Assembly: GCA_047605085.1 (NCBI GenBank)
Contig: JASGGJ010000002.1
Span: 1,689 to 65,688 of the forward strand
Length of the DNA: 64,000 nucleotides
Reading direction: 5' to 3'
DNA from: Protaetiibacter sp.
Lineage (GTDB): Bacteria > Actinomycetota > Actinomycetes > Actinomycetales > Microbacteriaceae
The notes beneath the pieces were generated by a model, which was given only the letters and a program-made list of their open reading frames with translations, did not search any database and was not told the origin of the DNA. The translations under genes and the position numbers were made by a program. Below are positions 26,639 to 38,356 of the stretch, in pieces. Each line of letters starts with the position of its first letter. Position 1 is the first letter of the stretch.

Positions 26639-27867
26639 AGCTCGGGACGGCGTTCGTCGGCGCGATCGTCGAGGCGTGGTCGGAGCTGCGGGTCCACCGC
26701 ACGCGCGTGCTGCTGAGCCTGATCGGCGTCGGGGTCGCGGTCGCGGCGCTCACGACGGTCGTGGCGGGCGGCGCGATCGCAACGCAGGTGCAGGTCGAGC
26801 AGTCCGAGCGTTGGGGCGGCCGTCCGGCGACCTACCAGGTGCAGGCCTACAACACGACGACCGGGATGCAGGCCCCCGCCGGCACGCTCGACGAGCTCCT
26901 CGCCCAGGCCGCGGAGCGCTACGACATCCGCTACTACTCACGGATGGTGCAGGACCAGATCCAGGTGCAGCTGGCTGACGGGGTGTTCGGCGTGTCGGTC
27001 ACGGCGGTCGACCAGCCCTACGCCGCGATCCACCGCCTCCGTACGATGGAGGGGAGCTGGTTCACGGACGCCGATGCCGACCGTCTGGCGCCCGCCATCA
27101 TCATCTCGAGCGATCTGTGGAAGCAGATCGGATCGCCCGACTTGCGCACGCATCCGACCCTCGAGATCGTGACCGAGGAGCACAACGTCTCAGCGGTCGT
27201 CACGGCGATCACGGAATCCTCGCCCGACTACAACGGGCAGGATCTGAGCGCCTACCTGCTGCGCGACGCATTCGACGCGGGCGGGTTCTCGCAGACGCCC
27301 GCCGACCAGAGGTGGACGAATTACGAGCTCTGGGTTCCGGTCGAGGTCGGGGATGAGCTGAGCGCGCGCATTTCGTCTGACGTTTCCGCCGCCCTCGGCG
27401 AGGGATGGCAGGTCGACCTCTACCGTCAGGACTACCTCGCCTACTCCACGGAGGATCCGCTGCTGTTCCTCAAGCTCGCGGTGGGCGCCGTCGCGGTGCT
27501 CGTGCTGCTGCTCGGTGCGCTCGGGCTCGTCAACATCGCCCTCGTGACGGTGCGGTACCGCATCCGCGAGATCGGCATCCGGCGCAGCTTCGGCGCGACC
27601 GCGGGCCGGGTGTTCTTCTCGGTCATGATGGAGTCGGTCGTGGCGACCTTCGTCGCGGGCGGCGTCGGGGTGCTCATCGCGGTCGCGATCGTCAAGAACC
27701 CGTGGATCACCGCGTGGCTCGACGGCTACCTGCAGGACGTGCCCGCGTTCCCCGTGGAGGCCGCCGTGACGGGCCTTGTCGCGGCGACCGCGGTGGGGGC
27801 GCTCGCTGGCCTGCTGCCCGCCCTCGTCGCGGTGCGGGTCAAGGTCATCGACGCGCTGCGGCTGTAG
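26635..27867 (+). CDS. ABC transporter permease (MacB/FtsX family)
   Basis: One TM, a large extracellular domain, then R.REIGIRRSFGA and three TMs. Confidence 0.9.
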   Translation: MKLGTAFVGAIVEAWSELRVHRTRVLLSLIGVGVAVAALTTVVAGGAIATQVQVEQSERWGGRPATYQVQAYNTTTGMQAPAGTLDELLAQAAERYDIRYYSRMVQDQIQVQLADGVFGVSVTAVDQPYAAIHRLRTMEGSWFTDADADRLAPAIIISSDLWKQIGSPDLRTHPTLEIVTEEHNVSAVVTAITESSPDYNGQDLSAYLLRDAFDAGGFSQTPADQRWTNYELWVPVEVGDELSARISSDVSAALGEGWQVDLYRQDYLAYSTEDPLLFLKLAVGAVAVLVLLLGALGLVNIALVTVRYRIREIGIRRSFGATAGRVFFSVMMESVVATFVAGGVGVLIAVAIVKNPWITAWLDGYLQDVPAFPVEAAVTGLVAATAVGALAGLLPALVAVRVKVIDALRL

Positions 27868-27971
27868 GTCTTGCGCCGCGATAATCCGCGGCGCGTGCCG
27901 GAGGGCCGGCCGCGCGCGGGCGCCCGGCCCTCCGGGTGCGCACGCCGTCGGTCTCCACCGTGATTGGTGCG

Positions 27972-28017
27972 GTTTCGGACGGATGGCACCCGCGCGACGC
28001 GCCCATCCGTCCGAAAC
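27972..28017. repeat. Perfect 15-bp inverted repeat (hairpin, possible terminator)
   Basis: gtttcggacggatgg (27972-27986) pairs with ccatccgtccgaaac (28003-28017), upstream of ftsK. Confidence 0.7.
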
Positions 28018-28083
28018 GGTGCCAGACGGCACGGGTGAGTGTCGCTGCGGGCCGGGGTCGGTCGTCGCGGATACCGTGAAGCC

Positions 28084-30831
28084 ATGGCCACGAGCACCCG
28101 GTCGACCTCGACGCGCGCCCGCGCGGGCACCAGTTCCCGCTCGAGTTCGTCGCGCTCCTCGACGCGCGGGCCGCAGGGCACCAAGAAGCTGCCGGTCGCC
28201 GAACAGAAGCCGGGGCTGCTGACCGCGGCCTGGACGGGCATGGCGCACGTCGTCGGCGGCGCCGCGCGGTTGTTCGGCACCGAGAGCCTCGAGAAGCACG
28301 AGCGCCGCGACGGGGTGCCGTTCCTGTTCTTCCTGCTCGCGATCGCGACGGCGATCATCGAGTGGTTCGCCCCGGCGAGCGACGTCGCCCGCGCCCTCGA
28401 CATCTTCGGCTTCGGCGGGCTGCTCGGCCGCGTCGCGTTCGCCCTTCCGGTCATCCTGCTGGTGCTCGCGGTGTGGTTGTTCCGCCACCCCTCGAGCGTG
28501 CACGACAACGGACGCATCGGAGTCGGCCTCGTGCTCCTGCTCACGAGCCTCGCCGCGCTCTGCCAGGTGTTCGGCGGGCTTCCCGCCCCGAGCGACGGCG
28601 CCGCGGCGCTCGCGGCCGGCGGCGGCATCATCGGCTGGGTCGTCACCTGGCCGTTCGTGATCGTGGGCGCCCCGTGGCTCGCGGCGCTGCTCGCTCTCGG
28701 CGTGCTCGCGCTGTCGCTCTTCATCCTCACCAAGACCCCGCCCAACCGCATCGGTCACCGCCTCCGCGAGCTCTACGCCTACCTGTTCGGAGCCGAGCTC
28801 CCCGAACCCGCCGAGAAGCCGGCGAAGGTGCGAGGGGGCGAGGCCGCGACGAGCGAGTTCGGCACGCTCTCGGACCTCGGCCTCGAACCCGACAACCCGG
28901 AGTCGATGCCCTGGTGGCGTCGCAGCAGACCGAAGAACGAGTCGCCCGCCTTCGACACCCCCGTGCTCGGCCGCGAACTCGAGACCGAGGTGGTCGACCC
29001 GCTGCCGTCGCCGGGAGACGCCGACTTCGACGTCGAACTGCTCGAGGAGCTCGTGCGCGCGGAGGACGCCGTCAAGCGCTTCACGGGCGAGGTCGACACC
29101 GCCGCCCCGCGTGGCGACGTGGCTCTGCTGCCCGGCTCCGCGAGCGAACGCGGCGAGGCCGGCGAGTTCTCGGATGCGCCGCCCGCCGCCCGGCGTCCCG
29201 CGTCCGTCCCGCGCCCCTACCGCTTGCCCGCCGCATCCGTGCTCGGCTCCGGAACCCCGCCCAAGGCCCGCACCGCCGTGAACGACGAGATGATCGCGGC
29301 GATCACGAGCGTGCTGAACCAGTTCCAGGTCGACGCGCGCGTCACGGGCTTCACGCGCGGCCCCTCCGTGACCCGCTACGAGATCGAGCTCGGCCACGGC
29401 GTCAAGGTCGAGCGGGTGACCGCCCTCAGCCGCAACCTCTCCTACGCGGTCGCCTCCAACGAGGTCACCATCCTCTCGCCCATCCCGGGCAAGAGCGCGA
29501 TCGGGGTCGAGATCCCCAACCGCGACCGCGAGATCGTCTCGCTCGGCGACGTGCTGCGCTCCGGGCCCGCCGCCAAGAGCAACCACCCGCTCACGATCGG
29601 CCTCGGCAAGGACGTCGAGGGCGGCTTCGTCGTCGCGAACCTCGCCAAGATGCCGCACCTGCTCGTCGCGGGGTCGACGGGGTCCGGCAAGTCGAGCTTC
29701 ATCAACTCGATGATCACTTCGGTGCTCATGCGCGCCAAGCCCGCCGAGGTGCGGATGGTGCTCGTCGACCCGAAGCGCGTCGAGCTCGCCGCCTACCAGG
29801 GCGTCCCGCACCTCATCACGCCCATCATCACGAACCCCAAGAAGGCGGCGGAGGCGCTGCAGTGGGTCGTCAAGGAGATGGACATGCGGTACGACGACCT
29901 CGCGTCGTTCGGCTTCCGCCACATCGACGACTTCAACCGCGCCGTGCTCGCGAACGAGATCGTGCTGCCGGCGGGCTCCGAGCGGGTGCTGCAGCCCTAT
30001 CCGTACCTGCTCGTCGTCGTCGACGAGCTCGCCGACCTCATGATGGTCGCCCCGCGCGACGTCGAGGACTCGATCGTGCGTATCACGCAGCTCGCCCGCG
30101 CCTCCGGCATCCACCTCGTGCTCGCCACGCAGCGGCCCTCTGTCGACGTCGTGACGGGTCTCATCAAGGCCAATGTGCCCTCGCGCCTCGCCTTCGCCGT
30201 GTCGAGCATGACCGACTCGCGCGTCATCCTCGACCAGCCGGGCGCCGAGAAGCTCATCGGGCAGGGCGACGGGCTGTTCCTGCCGATGGGGGCGTCCAAG
30301 GCGATCCGCGTGCAGGGCGCCTGGGTGACCGAGGACGAGATCCACGCGGTCGTCAAGCACGTGACCGAGCAGGCGCGTCCCGAGTACCGCGACGATGTCG
30401 CCGCGGTCGTCGAGAAGCGCGAGGTGGATGCCGACATCGGCGACGACCTCGAACTGCTGCTCGAAGCGGCGACCCTCGTCGTGAACACCCAGTTCGGCTC
30501 GACCTCGATGCTGCAGCGGAAGCTCAGGGTCGGTTTCGCGAAGGCCGGGCGCCTCATGGACCTGCTCGAGTCGCGCGAGATCGTGGGTCCGTCGGAGGGG
30601 TCGAAGGCGCGCGAGGTGCTCGTCACCCCCGAGCAGTTGCCGGGCGTACTCGCCCAGTTGCGCGGCGGGCCTGCGCCCTCGGGGTCCGCCGCCGCGTCCG
30701 CCTCCGGATCCGCTCCGGGGTCCGCCTCGGCGTCCGCCTCCGCCGACCCCGTCGAGGCTCGGTTCGACGGCTATCCTGTCGAGGAGGGCGACTCGGATGA
30801 GGACGCCTGGGGGCTGACCGGCAGGGAGTAG
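28084..30831 (+). CDS. ftsK: DNA translocase FtsK
   Basis: N-terminal TMs, [30 protein letters not shown]-terminal gamma domain ([12 protein letters not shown]). Confidence 0.96.
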   Translation: MATSTRSTSTRARAGTSSRSSSSRSSTRGPQGTKKLPVAEQKPGLLTAAWTGMAHVVGGAARLFGTESLEKHERRDGVPFLFFLLAIATAIIEWFAPASDVARALDIFGFGGLLGRVAFALPVILLVLAVWLFRHPSSVHDNGRIGVGLVLLLTSLAALCQVFGGLPAPSDGAAALAAGGGIIGWVVTWPFVIVGAPWLAALLALGVLALSLFILTKTPPNRIGHRLRELYAYLFGAELPEPAEKPAKVRGGEAATSEFGTLSDLGLEPDNPESMPWWRRSRPKNESPAFDTPVLGRELETEVVDPLPSPGDADFDVELLEELVRAEDAVKRFTGEVDTAAPRGDVALLPGSASERGEAGEFSDAPPAARRPASVPRPYRLPAASVLGSGTPPKARTAVNDEMIAAITSVLNQFQVDARVTGFTRGPSVTRYEIELGHGVKVERVTALSRNLSYAVASNEVTILSPIPGKSAIGVEIPNRDREIVSLGDVLRSGPAAKSNHPLTIGLGKDVEGGFVVANLAKMPHLLVAGSTGSGKSSFINSMITSVLMRAKPAEVRMVLVDPKRVELAAYQGVPHLITPIITNPKKAAEALQWVVKEMDMRYDDLASFGFRHIDDFNRAVLANEIVLPAGSERVLQPYPYLLVVVDELADLMMVAPRDVEDSIVRITQLARASGIHLVLATQRPSVDVVTGLIKANVPSRLAFAVSSMTDSRVILDQPGAEKLIGQGDGLFLPMGASKAIRVQGAWVTEDEIHAVVKHVTEQARPEYRDDVAAVVEKREVDADIGDDLELLLEAATLVVNTQFGSTSMLQRKLRVGFAKAGRLMDLLESREIVGPSEGSKAREVLVTPEQLPGVLAQLRGGPAPSGSAAASASGSAPGSASASASADPVEARFDGYPVEEGDSDEDAWGLTGRE

Positions 30832-30834
30832 CGC

Positions 30835-31515
30835 GTGTCCTCGACCGATCCTGTTCCGGATGAGGCGTCGGCCGACTCCGTGCGGGTGAACCCGATGCGC
30901 GGTCGCGTCGTGAGCTCTGGCGACACCCCGGCGAGCATGGGCAACATCGCCAACATCGTCACGGTCGTGCGCATCCTGCTCGCGCCGGTGTTCGTGTGGC
31001 TCATGGTGCTCGACGGCGGGCAGCTGGGGGTGTGGCGCTGGGTCGCCGGTTTCCTGTTCATCCTCTCGATCACGACCGACTCGGTCGACGGGTTCCTGGC
31101 GCGACGGCGCAACCTGGTGACCGACTTCGGCAAGCTCGTCGACCCGATCGCCGACAAGATCCTCGTCGGCGCCGCGCTCGTGGCGCTCTCGGTGCTCGCC
31201 GAGCCGCTGCTCGGGTCGTGGTGGTGGCCGATCACGATCGTGATCCTGGTGCGCGAGTTCGGCATCACGATCTTCCGCTTCCTCATGCTGCGCGATCACG
31301 TCATCCCGGCCGGCTTCCTCGGCAAGGTCAAGACCGTCGTGCAGGCGGTCGCCGTGTCGTTCGCGCTCGTGCCGCTGTGGACGGTACTCGGGGAGTGGAT
31401 GCTGTGGGTCAACGCGGTCCTCATCCTGGCCGCGCTCGCGCTGACGGTCGTGAGCGGGGCGCAGTATCTGTGGGACGCCTGGCGGGTGACACGGGCGGCC
31501 AAGGCGGCCTCGTGA
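30835..31515 (+). CDS. pgsA: CDP-diacylglycerol--glycerol-3-phosphate 3-phosphatidyltransferase
   Basis: TD.VDG.LAR...VTDFGKLVDPIADK CDP-alcohol phosphotransferase motif. Confidence 0.92.
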   Translation: MSSTDPVPDEASADSVRVNPMRGRVVSSGDTPASMGNIANIVTVVRILLAPVFVWLMVLDGGQLGVWRWVAGFLFILSITTDSVDGFLARRRNLVTDFGKLVDPIADKILVGAALVALSVLAEPLLGSWWWPITIVILVREFGITIFRFLMLRDHVIPAGFLGKVKTVVQAVAVSFALVPLWTVLGEWMLWVNAVLILAALALTVVSGAQYLWDAWRVTRAAKAAS

Positions 31516-32024
31516 GCGGGCTCGCCGCGCGCCTCGTCGCGGAGCTCGCGCGGCGCGGTGAGCGCGTCGCCGTGGCCGAATCGCTCACGGGCGGCCTGCT
31601 CGCCTCCGCGTTCGTCGACGTGCCGGGTGCGTCGGAGGTGTTCAGCGGGGGAGTGGTCGCCTACTCGACAGAACTCAAGGCACGGCTGCTCGGCGTCGAC
31701 GCGGCTCTGCTCGCCTCGCGCGGGCCCGTCGATGGCGACGTCGCGCGGCAGCTGGCGGCCGGGGTGCGCCTCCGCGCCGCTCTTGACGGCCGGCGCCCCG
31801 CCGATCGCGCACTCGCCACGACGGGAGTCGCGGGCCCCGATCCGCAGGACGGCGTCGCCCCCGGCACCGTGTGGCTCGGCTACGCGGATGCGGAGGGGAC
31901 GGATGCGCGAGCGCTGCGCCTCGCGGGGGACCGCGCCGCGATCCGCGCCGCCGCGGTGGACGCCGCGCTCGCCCTCCTCGCGGAGCACCTCGGCATCCCG
32001 CCGGCGCCCCCGTCGTCTTTGTGA
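31512..32024 (+). CDS. cinA: CinA C-terminal / PncC-like NMN deamidase
   Basis: AESLTGG, PGAS and TTGVAGP. Confidence 0.88.
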   Translation: MSGLAARLVAELARRGERVAVAESLTGGLLASAFVDVPGASEVFSGGVVAYSTELKARLLGVDAALLASRGPVDGDVARQLAAGVRLRAALDGRRPADRALATTGVAGPDPQDGVAPGTVWLGYADAEGTDARALRLAGDRAAIRAAAVDAALALLAEHLGIPPAPPSSL

Positions 32025-32106
32025 GAAATGCAGGAGATTTTCCGCATCCGCCCCGTGTCGGCGTGGTGGGCGGTGTCCCGGCGGAAGTTTCTCCTGCATT
32101 TCTCGC
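32021..32106. repeat. Long imperfect inverted repeat (REP-like hairpin)
   Basis: gtgagaaatgcaggagattttccgc (32021-32045) pairs with gcggaagtttctcctgcatttctcgc (32081-32106). Confidence 0.85.
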
Positions 32107-32262
32107 ACGCGGCGAGGGGAATAAGTGGTGGTTTCGATCTCGTTACACCTCGTGACTTCACGGCGGTATCCGAGCTTGCAGGATTTAGAGTTTCTGCAGC
32201 GGACGGATAGCCTGAGCACCCCGATCCGTACCGCGAGTCGCGCAGACAAGGAGGAACACCAC

Positions 32263-32571
32263 ATGGTTCTGGTTCGAGCGGAACTCGGCGATGTCCTCCG
32301 CGACTTCCGTCTGCAGAAGGCGATGACACTGCGTCAGGTTGCGAGCCGGGCGAGCGTCGCCCTCGGCTACCTGAGCGAGGTGGAACGCGGTCAGAAGGAG
32401 GCGAGCTCCGAGATCCTCGCCTCGGTCGCGGATGCGCTCGGCACCCCCGTCTCGGTCATCATGCGCGAGGTCGGCGACCGTCTCGCCGTCATCGAGGGTC
32501 TCACCTCGGTTCCCGACACCCTCCCCGACGAGCTGGTCGCGGAGTTCGACGCGGATCTCGTGGTCCGCTGA
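32263..32571 (+). CDS. clgR: XRE-family HTH regulator, ClgR-like
   Basis: LGDVLR..R....TLR.V...ASVALGYLSEVERGQKEASSE; conserved position after pgsA-cinA. Confidence 0.8.
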   Translation: MVLVRAELGDVLRDFRLQKAMTLRQVASRASVALGYLSEVERGQKEASSEILASVADALGTPVSVIMREVGDRLAVIEGLTSVPDTLPDELVAEFDADLVVR

Positions 32572-32789
32572 AGGTCAGCGAGTTCCACCGCGCCGTCGAC
32601 GAGGAGTTCGGGCCCTTCGGCCGGGTCCTCGTGCGCGACTCGGTGATCGTCGCGCTCGGCAACCGCACGCCGCACGACGCTCTCGAGGCGGGCATCCCCG
32701 CCGGCGAGGTGTGGCTCGCCCTCTGCCGCGCCCAGGACGTCCCCCGCGAGCGCTGGCACGGCGCGGGTCTCGCCGCCCCGCCCGGCTGA
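32568..32789 (+). CDS. DUF3046 family protein (apparent CTG start)
   Basis: Manual translation LKVSEFHRAVDEEFG...LGNRTPHDALEAG.....VWLALC.AQDVP; usual recA neighbour; absent from the ORF track. Confidence 0.75.
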   Translation: MKVSEFHRAVDEEFGPFGRVLVRDSVIVALGNRTPHDALEAGIPAGEVWLALCRAQDVPRERWHGAGLAAPPG

Positions 32790-32891
32790 CCGTGGGGTCC
32801 GCGAAACGCTGTAGCGCTTGTCGCGCTGACGCGGATATCGCTGTCGCGGGAAGGCGGACGGTGTCGCGTGTCGCGACACGCCGCGTGGATA

Positions 32892-32907
32892 TCGAACATC
32901 GATTCGA
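32892..32907. promoter_or_regulatory. LexA (SOS) box upstream of recA
   Basis: TCGAAC-ATCG-ATTCGA against actinobacterial TCGAAC-N4-GTTCGA; TAGGCT -10 at 32915. Confidence 0.8.
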
Positions 32908-33123
32908 TCATCTGTAGGCTCCTGCACAGGATCCGTCGAAGAGCAGTTGTCGACAATTCGCCCGTCGCTGACATCGGATGTCGGTGGCCGGGCGTAGCGT
33001 CGGCGACGTCCCCCCGATGGAGACACCAGCCCTGTCGCGAGAGCGCCGACCTTGCCCCACCGGTCGACGCAGGGCCGACAGCCGATGGGCGCATGGAACA
33101 CGACACAGAAGGAGACCGGGCAC

Positions 33124-34197
<1,074 letters not shown>

Positions 34198-34212
34198 GGG
34201 CCGGGAGCAGCC

Positions 34213-34902
34213 ATGGACGAGACCGATGGGCGGCTCGCACCGGTCAGCTACCTGTTCGGCCCCCGGCCGTCGGCCTCGCCCGTGCGGAACTCCGCGGTCG
34301 ACGAGCCGAGCTGGAGCGACGAGCTGGACGGCGACGACGAGCCCGGTTGGAACGACGAATGGGGCTCGGACATCGACGACGTCTGCGCGCGGCTGAGCGA
34401 CGCCCAGCGCGACGCCCTGAGCGACACGCGGCGTACCGCGGAGACGATCTCGCTCAAGGCGCTCGGGCGTCGCGGCCTCTCGCGGCGCGAGCTCGAGCGC
34501 GCGCTCCGCGACGGCGGCATCGACGACGAGGGCATTGCCCGCGAGTGCGACCGCCTGACGCGCGTCGGCCTCATCGATGACACGGCACTCGCGCAGGCCC
34601 TCGTCGCGACCCTCCAGGAGCGCAAGGGCCTCGGACGCACGGCCATCGCGGCCGAGCTCACCCGTCGGCTGCTGGCGCCCGCGGCGATCGAGTACGCCCT
34701 CGAGCTCGTCGACGCGGGCGACGAACTCGCCCGCGCCCGCGAGCTCGCCCGCACGCGCGCGCGGCAACTGAACGGGGTCGACCGCGACACCGCGGTCCGT
34801 CGACTGAGCGGCTATCTCGCGCGCCGCGGATACTCGGGCAGCACCGCACGCGCCGCGATCGAGCATGCCCTTCCGCGCAACGAATGCATCCCACTAGCAT
34901 GA
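34213..34902 (+). CDS. recX: Regulatory protein RecX
   Basis: Follows recA; L.RRGLS..EL, GLIDD..LA and L.GYLARRGY. Confidence 0.88.
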   Translation: MDETDGRLAPVSYLFGPRPSASPVRNSAVDEPSWSDELDGDDEPGWNDEWGSDIDDVCARLSDAQRDALSDTRRTAETISLKALGRRGLSRRELERALRDGGIDDEGIARECDRLTRVGLIDDTALAQALVATLQERKGLGRTAIAAELTRRLLAPAAIEYALELVDAGDELARARELARTRARQLNGVDRDTAVRRLSGYLARRGYSGSTARAAIEHALPRNECIPLA

Positions 34903-34907
34903 CGTCT

Positions 34908-35363
34908 ATGAGCCTTCGTCGAACTGTGGTCGCGGCTGCGGCGTCGCTGCTCCTGCTCACCTCCTTGACGGCCTGCTTCAGGATCCCGGGCTTGACGACC
35001 GGAGACGGGATCAGCGGAGGTGCCACCAGCGGCACCGACAGCACCGCCACTGACACGAGTGACGGCGCCGACAGCTCGTCGACTGCGCTGGCGGGGACGT
35101 CCTGGTCCGGCACCGATTCGGATGGCGATTTCTGGGCGTTTGAGTTCCAGGAGGACGGGACCATCGCTGTCACCTTCAACACCGATTTGTGGGACTACGA
35201 CACCGACACCTGGACGCTCACCGACGGCAACTTGCACATCTCCATCGACCTCGAAGGAGGTGAGGGCACCATGGACGGTGTCTACACGGAAGGCGCGACG
35301 AGCATCGACCTGGTCGGCCACCAAAGCGAATACGACTGGACCGTCACCATCACCCCGGACTGA
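34908..35363 (+). CDS. Hypothetical acidic lipoprotein
   Basis: LTAC lipobox, Ser/Thr/Asp linker, beta-rich domain (LAGTSWSG...). TAGCAT lies 7 nt before ATG 34908. Confidence 0.7.
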   Translation: MSLRRTVVAAAASLLLLTSLTACFRIPGLTTGDGISGGATSGTDSTATDTSDGADSSSTALAGTSWSGTDSDGDFWAFEFQEDGTIAVTFNTDLWDYDTDTWTLTDGNLHISIDLEGGEGTMDGVYTEGATSIDLVGHQSEYDWTVTITPD

Positions 35364-35670
35364 TCCGAACGACAAAGGATTCGACCGGATCTCGGCCCCG
35401 CACGATCGTTCCGGATTCCGTCGCGCTGATCACGGCGGTGATCGGCCGCAGCTGCTCGGGTGACGGCCCTGGATTCTCCCTGCCGTAGGCTGCTGCGGAT
35501 CCGTGGGGAGGGCGAGCGGCTGACAGCTCGACGAGCCTCGGGTGGCCGGTTTCCGGCACCCGCGACATCGTCTTCGAGGCGGTTCGCGCCTCCGGGACTC
35601 TCACCCGCGCCGGGATCGTGCGCGGTACGGGACTCTCCCGGGCGGCGGCCGGCGGTGCGGTCGCGGCCGC

Positions 35671-36519
35671 TCACTCCGCGGGGTCCACCGAGGCGAAGTA
35701 GTCGCGGTCGAAGATCCAGGCGTAGAGCGAGCCCGGAATCCAGCTCGATCCGGGCCTGGCGCCGGCGAGAACAGCTCGCTGGCTGCGATGAGCCGTGACG
35801 GCGCGGGACACCGCATCCGCGGTGCCGCGAGTGCGCACGGCGAGCGAGGGAGCGGGATGGGATGCGCCGGTTTCGGCGAGTGCGCGCCGGAGGACCGGCG
35901 ACAGGCGGGCCGCAAGGCGCGCACTGCGCGGTGCGAGAGTCGCTTGGAGCAGAGCGACGCCGGCCGCCTGCGCGGCGCGCCGGGCCGCCGTCGCCGCCGC
36001 GCGATGGTCGGGGTGGCCGTAGATGCCGACGGTCTCGTCGAGCCCGACGACGAGATCGGGGTGCAGGAGGTCGATCTGCTCGGCGAGGAACGCCGTCGCC
36101 GGTTCGATGCAGCGGCTCAGCCCCCCGTCCGGGAACCCGGCGACCTCCCGCAGCTCGACGCCGAGCGCCCGACACGCCTCGGCGAGCTCGACGCGGCGCA
36201 CGGCGGCCACCCGCTCGCCATGCGGGAGCGCGGAGGGGGATTGCGGGAGTTCCGTCGACTGGCTCGCCTCGCCCGCGGTGAGCGTCACGAGATGCACGCG
36301 TCCGCCGCGCCGGACGGTCGCGGCGAGTGCGCCCGCCATGACGATCTCGTCGTCGGGATGAGCGGTCACCACGAGTACCCGGCGGCCGGGGGCGACGAGC
36401 GCATCGAGCACCGGGATCCCGCGGGCACCCAGGATCCGCCGGGCACCCGCGACCGCGAGGAGCGCCGTGCCGATGCTCGCGGCGCCCGCCGCGACCGCGA
36501 TCCGCACTCCGCCTCTCAC
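35671..36519 (-). CDS. PIG-L/LmbE family deacetylase
   Basis: AHPDDE, T.GE, R..EL, YGHPDH and AHRSQ. Confidence 0.88.
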   Translation of the reverse strand: MRGGVRIAVAAGAASIGTALLAVAGARRILGARGIPVLDALVAPGRRVLVVTAHPDDEIVMAGALAATVRRGGRVHLVTLTAGEASQSTELPQSPSALPHGERVAAVRRVELAEACRALGVELREVAGFPDGGLSRCIEPATAFLAEQIDLLHPDLVVGLDETVGIYGHPDHRAAATAARRAAQAAGVALLQATLAPRSARLAARLSPVLRRALAETGASHPAPSLAVRTRGTADAVSRAVTAHRSQRAVLAGARPGSSWIPGSLYAWIFDRDYFASVDPAE

Positions 36520-36839
36520 GGGGTCGCCTCCTCACGGGGAACCGGCCGGGGCGCGCCGTCGACGAGCAGCTCGCCGTCCCAGTCGAGCTCGAGCTCGTGG
36601 CCATCGCGCATCCACCGCACGCCGGGGTCGGCGACGGTCCTGCGCGGCACGATCACGCCGAGAGCGTAGCGGAAAGTCGACGCCTCGCCGTCCAGGGCCG
36701 TGTCGCCGATCGCGGCGACGATCCGCCGTCCGTCACCGAGCCGCCCGACGAGCCAGTCGCCCTCGTCGATCACCTCGTCGAACTGCGCCGCGGGGAACCA
36801 GGCGTGCGTCTGCCCGGAGCGGCTGCCCGCGCCGGGCAC
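36516..36839 (-). pseudogene. Short ORF, probably the C-terminal remnant of a larger protein
   Basis: [13 protein letters not shown]...GDWLVGR.GDG reads like an internal segment; no room for a promoter or RBS before the miaB -10; stop overlaps the PIG-L start. Confidence 0.4.
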
Positions 36840-36853
36840 GTAGAATCTCCGGC

Positions 36854-38356
36854 ATGACGTTGCTCGCCTCGTCCGCGCAGGCGGCGCCCGCGCGCCCGCG
36901 CAGCTACGAGGTGCGCACCTTCGGATGCCAGATGAACGTGCACGACTCGGAGCGGCTCTCCGGCTCGCTCGAGGCGGCAGGCTACGTCAGGGCGGCAGGA
37001 GGCGAGGCCGACATCGTCGTCATCAACACCTGCGCCGTGCGCGAGAACGCCGACAACAAGCTCTACGGCACCCTCGGGCATCTCGCGGATGCCAAGCGCC
37101 GGCACGAGGGCATGCAGATCGCGGTCGGCGGCTGCCTGGCGCAGAAGGACAAGAACGTCATCCTCGAGCGGGCGCCGTGGGTCGATGTGGTGTTCGGAAC
37201 CCACAACATGGGATCCCTCCCCGCGCTGCTCGAACGCGCCCGCCACAACGGCGAGGCGCAGCTCGAGATCCTCGAGTCGCTCGAGGTGTTCCCCTCGACG
37301 CTCCCCACCCGGCGCGAGAACAGCTACTCAGGCTGGGTGTCGATCTCGGTCGGCTGCAACAACACCTGCACCTTCTGCATCGTGCCCTCGCTGCGCGGCA
37401 AGGAGAAGGACCGCCGGCCGGGCGACATCCTCGCCGAGATCCGCGCCCTCGTCGACGACGGCGCCATCGAGGTAACCCTGCTCGGTCAGAACGTCAACTC
37501 CTACGGCGTGGAGTTCGGCGACCGGCGGGCGTTCGGCAAGCTCCTGCGGGCCGCGGGCGAGATCGACGGCCTCGAGCGCATCCGCTTCACGAGCCCGCAC
37601 CCGGCCGCGTTCACCGATGACGTCATCGACGCGATGGCCGAGACGCCGAACGTCATGCCGCAACTGCACATGCCCCTGCAGTCCGGCTCCGACCGAATCC
37701 TCAAGGCGATGCGCCGCTCCTACCGCTCCGAGCGCTTCCTCGGAATCCTCGACCGGGTGCGCGCCCGAATCCCGCAGGCCGCGATCTCGACCGACATCAT
37801 CGTCGGCTTCCCCGGCGAGACCGAGGAGGACTTCGCCGAGACGCTCCGCGTCGTCGAGCAGGCGCGCTTCGCCTCCGCCTTCACCTTCCAGTACTCGATC
37901 CGCCCGGGCACCCCCGCCGCGACCATGCCGGATCAGCTGCCGAAGCACGTCGTGCAGGAGCGCTACGAGCGTCTCGTCGAGCTGCAGGAGCGCATCTCGG
38001 GGGAGGAGGCGCAGAAGCTCGTCGGCACCGAGGTGTCGGTGCTCGTCGCGAACGGGGAGGGCCGGCGCGATCAGGAGACGCGCCGCATGTCGGGGCGCGC
38101 CGAGGACAACCGGCTCGTGCACTTCGAGGTGCCGGACGGGCCGCAACCGCGCCCCGGCGACGTCGTGAGCGTCGTGGTCACCCGTGCCACCCCGCACTAC
38201 CTCATCGCGGCACCCGCCGGCGAGGCCCTGCCCATCCGCCGCACGCGGGCGGGGGATGCCTGGGATCGCGAGGAGGCCGGATCCTGCGCCGTGCCAGAAC
38301 CGGTGCCGGGGGCGCGCCCCGTGAACCTCGGCCTCCCGGCGCTGCGCCCCGCGTGA
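36854..38356 (+). CDS. miaB: tRNA-2-methylthio-N6-dimethylallyladenosine synthase
   Basis: [17 protein letters not shown], radical-SAM CNNTCTFC, C-terminal TRAM domain. Confidence 0.96.
   Translation: MTLLASSAQAAPARPRSYEVRTFGCQMNVHDSERLSGSLEAAGYVRAAGGEADIVVINTCAVRENADNKLYGTLGHLADAKRRHEGMQIAVGGCLAQKDKNVILERAPWVDVVFGTHNMGSLPALLERARHNGEAQLEILESLEVFPSTLPTRRENSYSGWVSISVGCNNTCTFCIVPSLRGKEKDRRPGDILAEIRALVDDGAIEVTLLGQNVNSYGVEFGDRRAFGKLLRAAGEIDGLERIRFTSPHPAAFTDDVIDAMAETPNVMPQLHMPLQSGSDRILKAMRRSYRSERFLGILDRVRARIPQAAISTDIIVGFPGETEEDFAETLRVVEQARFASAFTFQYSIRPGTPAATMPDQLPKHVVQERYERLVELQERISGEEAQKLVGTEVSVLVANGEGRRDQETRRMSGRAEDNRLVHFEVPDGPQPRPGDVVSVVVTRATPHYLIAAPAGEALPIRRTRAGDAWDREEAGSCAVPEPVPGARPVNLGLPALRPA

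Noticed and set aside
27190-31299. 1369-aa minus-strand ORF and similar long ORFs (4641-7379, 23014-24702, 55463-58054)
   Set aside because: Antisense shadows of real genes, caused by stop-codon scarcity at high GC; no recognisable motifs.
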